A DNA stretch of 64,000 nucleotides from Tubulanus polymorphus (taxonomy: Eukaryota; Animalia; Nemertea): contig NC_134032.1 in the NCBI RefSeq assembly GCF_964204645.1, forward strand, positions 5,132,175 to 5,196,174, given 5' to 3'. The stretch's first letter is position 1, and each line of letters opens with the position of its first letter. Made by a program: the position numbers and the translations under genes. The notes under the pieces were generated by a model that saw only the letters and a list, made by a program, of their open reading frames with translations, made no database searches and was not told where the DNA came from. Shown here in pieces: positions 20,393 to 30,900 of this stretch.

Positions 20393-23205
20393 TAGCCATA
20401 AGGTAATGTTTTTATACCATCATCTGAAATATGCCTTTTATCATCAAATGGATTTAAACTAGTTTTTTCAACTTCATTAATGTACATCTCATGATCTTCT
20501 GATCTTAAACAATTCATTTTGTGTTTCATTACAATTGATTTATATAAACACTTTATATAATCTTGAAATTCTATATGTTTATCAACCACATGTTTTGTTA
20601 TTCCTTTTAACTATTTAGCTTCATGATCTTTTGTTCTATAACTATACATTTTACTTCTTATCCCAACAAATTCAATCATTTCATCACCTCCTAATTCATC
20701 TTTGAACTTACCAGGAATCTTTTTATTATCATTACTAAACAATTCATGATCTTTGGGGTAATTGCTAAAGTCGAAATAATGTTTCAATGTTTTTAAGTCT
20801 TTTGTTATATCATTTGTCTTGATTTTTAATATGTAACTGTCAGTATTGACTGCTATTAATGGAAATCCACAGTTAAATGTACCATCTTCAGTTGATAAAT
20901 CATAAACATAATCTGTTGGGTTATATATTTCAAATAAATCTTTAACTTCTTCAGTTAACTCATTTTCTACATGGCTTAAATTAAAGCAATTTGGTTTAGA
21001 TTTAATCAATCCAATATTCATATTAAAACCTAATGAATTGCATAATATATTTAATCCTGATATAGCAACTTTTCCTTTTTGAGCTAAAGATATTGTTTTG
21101 CGGTTTTTGAAACTTTTAGTACCATCTGCTGCATAGAATCCAATGAAGAACCATTTTCTTAAATTATTTTTTGCATTCAATACATAATCTGGAACTATCT
21201 TTTCTTTTGTTGAAGTATTACTTTTCACTATTGCATGAATATAGAATTCATCATTATATTTTGAGGCAAAATCTTTAGGATTATTTACAAATATTCTATA
21301 AACCGCGGATGATTTCATATGGTCCATGATTCTAAATGTTTTATGTGAATAAACTTCTTCACAGAATTTCTTAATTCTTTCTAATAATTTTAAGTCTTGA
21401 TTGCATAAATACCAACAATATTTATTACCCCAAACATATTTATACACACCTGCTGAACCATCACCCATGAAAAATCCTTTGATAAAATATTCTTTTTCTT
21501 CCAATGTTTCTGGTTCTATATTATAAATATTATCAATTATTTCATCAAATGACATATGATTCATTCTTGGGAAAAATCTTTTATGTAATAATTCATCTCC
21601 AATTTTTATATCAGTTGGTTTTATTTCATCGCCATTTTGTTTAATTAAACTATGATCTTCTGTAACATCTACAAATCCTAATTTAGTTCTAACTCTATAG
21701 ATTTTCTTATTTGTTTTATGTCTAATAATATTATTTAATTTTTTCCATCCATTTCTTGTCCAAACATCCATTAATCCATTTATTTGTATTAATTCTTTTT
21801 CACCGTATGAAATATAACATTCATTTTGTTTTGGAATTATTTCTGAAATTCTTCTTACCAATATTTTATCATTACATTTTAATAATATTGGGGTGTCAGC
21901 CGTTACAGAATCAAAATATAATATTTCAATATGCTTTTCTCCAAAAAGTGGCTGCAAAACATTATAATAAAAATCATACATTAGTAATTTTGATATTTCC
22001 AAAACAGTCGAACCTATAAATATTGGTTTATTAAATTTCATGGACGTTCTTTTTAATTTTACCGCTGTTAAATAATCTTCGAATCTTTTATTTTGTAAAT
22101 GTCTGGGGTTTGATTGTAAATGCCTTAATCTCTCAGAATTATTTACTAATTCGATATCACTTCTATTTCTAATATTTTCGCATGTTTTACCATAAAAACT
22201 ATTGTTCATCAATTTAAAAAAATCCTTCTCAAAATCAGTTTTTGATATTGTTCTCTGTTGAGTATTGAAATCTATATATTTTTCTAACCACTTTGATTGA
22301 TTAAATTTAATATACTTGTGCTTATATGCTTTCATATCTTTTTCTGTTATAAAGTTTGAATCATTTTTAAACATTTTATTACTTTTTGATGTTTTATTTC
22401 TTTTTGTATTATAAACATTTAAATCTAAATATATAATTTCATTCAATGTTAAGCCAGAACCCTCAAAATATCTTTCTTCAATATGACGTTTAAATTCATT
22501 TAATATTTTTTCTAACTTCTCTTTTATTTGTGTTTTTGAAATTATTTCTTCAGAGTGTGTTTGAATATTATAATCCATTTTTTCTTCTGACTTTATAAAA
22601 CTTACTTTCCCAGAGATACTAATTTTTGGATATTCAACATCTGTTATAAAATCTAGTATTTTTTCTATTATTTCATTAAATTTACTATAATCTTCTATTG
22701 TTGTACCTTTAAAAAATCTAAATATAATAGCTACAGGGCCAATTTTACTATGTAATGTTTCTAAGATTTCAATTGTATCTTTTATTTCTAGTGAATCAAT
22801 ATAATTTCTAACATTTTCCATGTAAGGTTTATTTGAAATGGATTTTGTTTTTGAAGTTGATTCTTTTACTTGTTGAGGTTTATTATCAAAATAATCTTTT
22901 CCTAAAACATTATTACTCAAATTTTGGTGGTGTTTTTGTGATTCGAGATGTCTATTATAATTCCTTTTTACTATAAATTCATTACAAACTTCACATTTTA
23001 TTTCATCCACATTCATATTTTCTAATCGTTCTTTTCTTTCATTAGAATTTTCTGGAGTTTCAAAATCTATTACATTTTTTATATGATTTGCAGTTTTTTC
23101 ATGTCGTGTTTTATGAGATGTATCGATGTATTTTTTACAATATTGACAATAATATTGATTTTTATTGACATTATTGTTTTCTGGTTGGTGTTCATTCTCC
23201 CCCAT
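20389..23205 (-). pseudogene. pPolB: Protein-primed PolB with intein, internal in-frame deletion and premature stop
   Basis: Motif B KLMNNSFYGKT, split motif C YFD/TDS, PGKFKDE and FVGIRSKMYS are present. TAG at 20611-20613 interrupts EAK*LKGIT, and the frame continues into ORF 20389-20589 (LNPFDDKR...TLPYGY). The exonuclease and motif A regions are absent. Confidence 0.9.
20845..21909 (-). mobile_element. Intein (355 aa) with LAGLIDADG homing endonuclease in pPolB motif C
   Basis: Junctions read ILYFD|SVTADTPILLK...IAVN|TDSY. Block B is VDVTEDHSL (TxxH), the LAGLIDADG blocks are FIKGFFMGDGS and FFIGFYAADG, and block F is YVYDLSTEDGTF. It ends in Asn with Thr at +1. Confidence 0.95.
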
Positions 23206-23292
23206 TTATTAGGAAAAAAAATTACTTGTGGTGATGAGTGGGGTGTCTCGCCCTCACGCCCTCTGATCTGAAACCCCACTTTTCTAAATACT
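22740..23292 (-). repeat. Right terminal inverted repeat of element C (overlaps the pPolB start)
   Basis: Reverse complement of 8657-8918, apart from ~290 bp (22832-23120) that the left copy lacks. Confidence 0.85.
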
Positions 23293-23844
23293 ATAGTAAT
23301 AGACATTGGTTGACACTAATTTAGTGTAAATTACCATTATTTGACATTGACTATGGAGAATTAGTTACGATTGAAACTATGGCCGAGATAGTGATAATTG
23401 TCGTCAACGAGAACTCGATGACATATCACAAGGTTTGGTTACTTATTTCCGTCTGCGTCTTAACCTTCTAGACGATGAAATAACTGTTTTATCGCTATAT
23501 AAACGAAATGATTATAACTACGTACTATTATTTTATAATAGAATACTGTTTTACCTAATGTATATGGTTATAATGGACGGCTAATGGTTTATTTTGACAC
23601 ATCCGAGACGCTATAGTTTGAATAGGTGTTATAATTATATGGGTTAATTGGGATGGAAAAATAAAATAGGGCGTAATTTAGTAATACCGATGGGGGGTTA
23701 TTTACTTAATTGAGGCAATTTTAAGATGTTTGATAAGATTATACGGGTTAGTAATTCGCTTTTAGAGGATTTGATTTTTTATCTCATTCTATTACTCGCT
23801 GTGGACCGTGCAACCCTAATATTAACCCACTACCGACTACGACG

Positions 23845-24511
23845 ATGGCTTTTTCCAACGACTTTTGGAAAAAAGAACAGGATGTGGAAAGAAGCGAAAT
23901 TCCAATTTTTTATACCGCTACCTGTGATGTTAAATGTCACTGCTGTATGAAACAACTGGGTCACGATGAGGATCCATTTGATTTCGTCACAAACTGTTGC
24001 GAGAAGATCATTTGCTTCAGGTGTTTCAGTGAGGCAGCGGCCGACCAGATCGACCAAGAACATATTATTTGCCCGCTTATGCGCATAAGCGGGTTTGAAG
24101 AACACCTCGATGAATTTTTTTCAAGCTGGCTGTTTTGGACAAGTACCCGGCTTGGATAGGGACGAAAACGTTTGTCGTGCATGCGCGCTCCGATACACGA
24201 CCGGACAGATGCCTTGTTGCAGCGAACCTGTGTGCAAAGAGTGTGTCGTACCGTTGAATGAATCGTCATCGTGCCAGTCATGTCAACAAAACATAGATTT
24301 AACTTGTTGTATTTGCTACGAACCATGTATCGATAAGCCAATGAGGTGTTGCAACAAACAAATACATGTAGCATGTATTAAAAAACTGAAAAATGTGCGG
24401 GGTTTCGAATGCCCTAATTGCCGAAATGCGTACAGTGATCCCATACCGTCGATGTTTCCGAGGGTCATGCCATCGTATAATGTCCAAAACGTATACTTCG
24501 ACGCTTACTAG
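23845..24511 (+). pseudogene. Triple RING-finger-like protein of element B, disrupted
   Basis: Removing one base near 24076 restores CPLC and joins ORFs 23845 and 24095, leaving a TAA at 24086-24088. There are three Cys clusters, the last being CCIC...CC...HVAC...CPNCR. Confidence 0.7.
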
Positions 24512-24591
24512 TCGTCGCGGCTACATAGCAGGATATTTAAAAAACGGTGTAAAATATTTGTAAAATAATTATCTGTATAAATAATGTAATA

Positions 24592-24702
<111 letters not shown>

Positions 24703-24952
24703 AATTAATTAATAGTTCATTTTGTTTTAGTGGTGACTAGAGGAGAATAATAAAACGCGCAATTAAAAACCATACGGAATCGTGTTAAATCAGTTAATCG
24801 GATCAAAAGCCCTTTTTAGTGTATACGAAATAATTACAAAGTCATTGTTCTATCGGATACGATGGCTCGGGCATTATAAACCCATTGTTTTAACATCCTC
24901 CTCACTGCTCCTCACTCCTCACTCGGTCCCAAAGTGACCCTATATAACTACT

Positions 24953-27900
24953 GACGATGTCGATGCGTAAAAGCGCTCAAATCGTCAGGAAAAGCACATT
25001 TCGACCCGAAAACGTCGATCGGAGCGAGAAAAGACGTTTTCTTATCGAATTTCCCCCTATCGGAAAAATGACGATGTCGATGCGTAAAAGCGCTCAAATC
25101 GTCAGGAAAAGCACATTTCGACCCGAATACGTCGTTCGGAGCGAGAAAAGACGTTTTCTTTTCAAATTTCCCCCCTATCGGAACAATGACGATGTCGATG
25201 CGTAAAGCGCTCAAATCGTCAGGAAAAGCGCATTTCGACCCGAAAACGTCGATCGGAGCGAGAAAACACGTTTTCTTATCAAATTTCCCCCTATCGGAAA
25301 AATGACGAGGTCGATGCGTAAAAGTGCTCAAATCGTCATGAAAAGCGCATTTCGACCCGAAAACGTCGATCGGAGCGAGAAAAGACGTTTTCTTATCAAA
25401 TTTTCCCCCTATCGGAAAAATGACGATGTCGATGCGTAAAAGCGCTCAAATCGTCAGGAAAAGCACATTTCGACCCGAAAACGTCGTTCAGAGCGAGAAA
25501 AGACGTTTTCTTATCAAAATTCCCCCCATCGGAAAAATGACAATGTGGATGCGTAAAAGCGCTCAAATCGTCAGGAAAAGCACATTTCGACACGAAAACG
25601 TCGTTCGGAGCGAGAAAAGACGTTTTCTTATCAAATTTTCCCCCTATCGGAAAAATGACGATGTCGATGCGTAAAAGCGCTCAAATCGTCAGGAAAAGCA
25701 CATTTCGACCCGAAAACGTCGTTCGGAGCGAGAAAAGACGTTTTCTTATAAAATTTCCCCCCTATCGGAAAAATGACGATGTCGATGCTTAAAAGCGCTC
25801 AAATCGTCAGGAAAACCACATTTCGACCCGAAAACGTCGTTCGGAGCGAGAAAAGACGTTTTCTTATCAAATTTCCCCCCTATCGGAAAAATGACGATGT
25901 CGATGCTTAAAAGCGCTCAAATCGTCAGGAAAACCACATTTCGACCCGAAAACGTCGTTCAGCGCGAGAAAAGACGTTTTCTTATCAAATTTCCCCCCTA
26001 TCGGAAAAATGACGATGTCGATGCTTAAAAGCGCTCAAATCGTCAGGAAAACCACATTTCGACCCGAAAACGTCGTTCGGAGCGAGAAAAGACGTTTTCT
26101 TATCAAATTTTCCCCCTATCGGAACAATGACGATGTCGATGCGTAAAGCGCTCAAATCGTCAGGAAAAGCGCATTTCGACCCGAAAACGTCGATCGGAGC
26201 GAGAAAACACGTTTTCTTATCAAATTTCCCCCTATCGGAAAAATGACGATGTCGATGCGTAAAAGTGCTCAAATCGTCATGAAAAGCGCATTTCGACCCG
26301 AAAACGTCGATCGGAGCGAGAAAAGACGTTTTCTTATCAAATTTTCCCCCTATCGGAAAAATGACGATGTCGATGTGTAAAAGCGCTCAAATCGTCAGGA
26401 AAAGCACATTTCGACCCGAAAACGTCGTTCAGAGCGAGAAAAGACGTTTTCTTATCAAATTTTCCCCCTATCGGAAAAATGACGATGTCGATGCGTAAAA
26501 GCGCTCAAATCGTCAGGAAAACCACATTTCGACCCGAAAACGTCGTTCAGCGCGAGAAAAGACGTTTTCTTATCAAATTTCCCCCCTATCGGAAAAATGA
26601 CGATGTCGATGCTTAAAAGCGCTCAAATCGTCAGGAAAACCACATTTCGACCCGAAAACGTCGTTCGGAGCGAGAAAAGACGTTTTCTTATCAAATTTTC
26701 CCCCTATCGGAACAATGACGATGTCGATGCGTAAAGCGCTCAAATCGTCAGGAAAAGCGCATTTCGACCCGAAAACGTCGATCGGAGCGAAAAAAGACGT
26801 TTTCTTATCAAATTTCCCCCTATCGGAAAAATGACGAGGTCGATGCGTAAAAGTGCTCAAATCGTCATGAAAAGCGCATTTCGACCCGAAAACGTCGATC
26901 GGAGCGAGAAAAGACGTTTTCTTATCAAATTTTCCCCCTATCGGAAAAATGACGATGTCGATGCGTAAAAGCGCTCAAATCGTCAGGAAAACCACATTTC
27001 GACCCGAAAACGTCGTTCAGCGCGAGAAAAGACGTTTTCTTATCAAATTTTCCCCCTATCGGAAAAATGACGATGTCGATGCGTAAAAGCGCTCAAATCG
27101 TCAGGAAAAGCACATTTCGACCCGAATACGTCGTTCGGAGCGAGAAAAGACGTTTTCTTTTCAAATTTCCCCCCTATCGGAAAAATGACGATGTCGATGC
27201 TTAAAAGCGCTCAAATTGTCAGGAAAACCACATTTCGACCCGAAAACGTCGTTCAGCGCGAGAAAAGACGTTTTCTTATCAAATTTCCCCCCTATCGGAA
27301 AAATGACGATGTCGATGCTTAAAAGCGCTCAAATCGTCAGGAAAACCACATTTCGACCCGAAAACGTCGTTCGGAGCGAGAAAAGACGTTTTCTTATCAA
27401 AATTCCCCCCATCGGAAAAATGACAATGTGGATGCGTAAAAGCGCTCAAATCGTCAGGAAAAGCACATTTCGACACGAAAACGTCGTTCGGAGCGAGAAA
27501 AGACGTTTTCTTATCAAATTTTCCCCCTATCGGAAAAATGACGATGTCGATGCGTAAAAGCGCTCAAATCGTCAGGAAAAGCACATTTCGACCCGAAAAC
27601 GTCGTTCGGAGCGAGAAAAGACGTTTTCTTATAAAATTTCCCCCCTATCGGAAAAATGACGATGTCGATGCTTAAAAGCGCTCAAATCGTCAGGAAAACC
27701 ACATTTCGACCCGAAAACGTCGTTCGGAGCGAGAAAAGACGTTTTCTTATCAAATTTTCCCCCTATCGGAACAATGACGATGTCGATGCGTAAAGCGCTC
27801 AAATCGTCAGGAAAAGCGCATTTCGACCCGAAAACGTCGATCGGAGCGAGAAAAGACGTTTTCTTATCAAATTTTCCCCTATCGGAAAAATGACGAGGTC

Positions 27901-30900
27901 GATGCGTAAAAGTGCTCAAATCGTCATGAAAAGCGCATTTCGACCCGAAAACGTCGATCGGAGCGAGAAAAGACGTTTTCTTATCAAATTTTCCCCCTAT
28001 CGGAAAAATGACGATGTCGATGCGTAAAAGCGCTCAAATCGTCAGGAAAAGCACATTTCGACCCGAAAACGTCGTTCGGAGCGAGAAAAGACGTTTTCTT
28101 ATCAAAATTCCCCCCATCGGAAAAATGATAATGTGGATGCGTAAAAGCGCTCAAATCGTCAGGAAAAGCACATTTCGACCTGAAAACGTCGTTCGGAGCG
28201 AGAAAAGACGTTTTCTTATCAAATTTTCCCCCTATCGGAAAAATGACGATGTCGATGCGTAAAAGCGCTCAAATCGTCAGGAAAAGCGCATTTCGACCCG
28301 AAAACGTCGTTCAGCGCGAGAAAAGGCGTTTTCTTATCAAATTTTCCCCCTATCGGAAAAATGACGATGTCGATGCGTAAAAGCGATCAAATCGTCAGGA
28401 AAACCACATTTCGACCCGAAAACGTCGTTCAGCGCGAGAAAAGACGTTTTCTTATCAAATTTTCCCCCTATCGGAAAAATGACGATGTCGATGCGTAAAG
28501 CGCTCAAATCGTCAGGAAAAGCACATTTCGACCCGAAAACGTCGATCGGAGCGAGAAAAGACGTTTTCTTATCGAATTTCCCCCTATCGGAAAAATGACG
28601 ATGTCGATGCGTAAAAGCGCTCAAATCGTCAGGAAAAGCACATTTCGACCCGAATACGTCGTTCGGAGCGAGAAAAGACGTTTTCTTATCAAAATTCCCC
28701 CCATCGGAAAAATGACGATGTCGATGCGTAAAAGCGATCAAATCGTCAGGAAAACCACATTTCGACCCGAAAACGTCGTTCAGCGCGAGAAAAGACGTTT
28801 TCTTATCAAATTTTCCCCCTATCGGAAAAATGACGATGTCGATGCGTAAAGCGCTCAAATCGTCAGGAAAAGCACATTTCGACCCGAAAACGTCGATCGG
28901 AGCGAGAAAAGACGTTTTCTTATCGAATTTCCCCCTATCGGAAAAATGACGATGTCGATGCGTAAAGCGCTCAAATCGTCAGGAAAAGCACATTTCGACC
29001 CGAAAACGTCGATCGAAGCGAGAAAAGACGTTTTCTTATCAAATTTTCCCCCTATCGGAAAAATGACGACGTCGATGCGTAAAGCGCTCAAATCGTCAGG
29101 AAGAGCACATTTCGACCCGAAAACGTCGATCGGAGCGAGAAAAGACGTTTTCTTATCGAATTTCCCCCTATCGGAAAAATGACGATGTCGATGCGTAAAA
29201 GCGCTCAAATCGTCAGGAAAAGCGCATTTCGACCCCGAAAACGTCGATCGGAGCGAGAAAACACGTTTTCTTATCAAATTTTCCCCCTATCGGAAAAATG
29301 ACGATGTCGATGCGTAAAAGCGCTCAAATCGTCAGGAAAAGCACATTTCGACCCGAAAACGTCGATCGGAGCGAGAAAAGACGTTTTCTTTTCAAATTGT
29401 CCCCCTATCGGAAAAATGACGATGTCGATGCTTAAAAGCGCTCAAATCGTCAGGAAAAGCACATTTCGACCCGAAAACGTCGTTCGGAGCGAGAAAAGAC
29501 GTTTTTTTTTATCAAATTTCCCCCCTATCGGAAAAATGACGATGTCGATGCGTAAAAGCGCTCAAATCGTCAGGAAAAGCACATTTCGACCCGAAAACGT
29601 CGTTCGGAGCGAGAAAAGACGTTTTCTTATCAAATTTCCCCCCTATCGGAAAAATGACGATGTCGATGCGAAAAAGCGCTCAAATCGTAAGGAAAAGCAC
29701 ATTTCGACCCGAAAACGTCGTTCGGAGCGAGAAAAGACGTTTTCTTTTCAAATTGTCCCCCTATCGGAAAAATGACGATGTCGATGCTTAAAAGCGCTCA
29801 AATCGTCAGGAAAAGCACATTTCGACCCGAAAACGTCGTTCGGAGCGAGAAAAGACGTTTTTTTTATCAAATTTCCCCCATATCGGAAAAATGACGATGT
29901 CGATGCGTAAAAGCGCTCAAATCGTCAGGAAAAGCACATTTCGACCCGAAAACGTCGTTCGGAGCGAGAAAAGACGTTTTCTTATCAAATTTCCCCCCTA
30001 TCGGAAAAATGACGATGTCGATGCGAAAAAGCGCTCAAATCGTAAGGAAAAGCACATTTCGACCCGAAAACGTCGTTCGGAGCGAGAAAAGACGTTTTCT
30101 TATCAAATTTCCCCCTATCGGAAAAATGACGATGTCGATGCGTAAAAGCGCTCAAATCGTCAGGAAAAGCGCATTTCGACCCGAAAACGTCGTTCAGCGC
30201 GAGAAAAGGCGTTTTCTCATCAAATTTTCCCCCTATCGGAAAAATGACGATGTCGATGCGTAAAAGCGATCAAATCGTCAGGAAAACCACATTTCGACCC
30301 GAAAACGTCGTTCAGCGCGAGAAAAGGCGTTTTCTTATCAAATTTTCCCCCTATCGGAAAAATGACGATGTCGATGCTTAAAAGCGCTCAAATCGTCAGG
30401 AAAACCACATTTCGACCCGAAAACGTCGTTCGGAGCGAGAAAAGACGTTTTCTTATCAAATTTTCCCCCTATCGGAACAATGACGATGTCGATGCGTAAA
30501 GCGCTCAAATCGTCAGGAAAAGCGCATTTCGACCCGAAAACGTCGATCGGAGCGAGAAAACACGTTTTCTTATCAAATTTCCCCCTATCGGAAAAATGAC
30601 GAGGTCGATGCGTAAAAGTGCTCAAATCGTCATGAAAAGCGCATTTCGACCCGAAAACGTCGATCGGAGCGAGAAAAGACGTTTTCTTATCAAATTTTCC
30701 CCCTATCGGAAAAATGACGATGTCGATGCGTAAAAGCGCTCAAATCGTCAGGAAAAGCACATTTCGACCCGAAAACGTCGTTCAGAGCGAGAAAAGACGT
30801 TTTCTTATCAAAATTCCCCCCATCGGAAAAATGATAATGTGGATGCGTAAAAGCGCTCAAATCGTCAGGAAAAGCACATTTCGACCCGAAAACGTCGTTC

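Larger units (their letters stand above)
8657..23292. mobile_element. Polinton/Maverick element C, both ends present (14.6 kb), group-2-like
   Basis: Termini are AGTATTTAGAAAAGTGGGG... and ...CCCCACTTTTCTAAATACT, flanked on both sides by ATAGTA (8651-8656 and 23293-23298), a 6-bp TSD. It contains pPolB, integrase, ATPase and capsid genes. Confidence 0.96.

Noticed and set aside
4973-20613. Stop-codon readthrough or alternative genetic code to explain in-frame TAA/TAG
   Set aside because: The same elements also carry frameshifts, and TAA/TAG end the intact genes. Ordinary pseudogenisation explains the stops better.
23299-23840. Possible degraded gene of element B next to the C insertion site
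   Set aside because: Only short open stretches with no recognisable motif are present, so no call is supportable.
2365-24487. Antisense or overlapping short ORFs (2365, 3290, 3710, 3748, 4127, 4919, 5372, 8903, 13846, 14761, 16012, 16821, 17471, 21756, 23083, 23726, 23830, 23961, 24299)
   Set aside because: They are shadow frames of recognisable genes or non-coding DNA, with no motifs.
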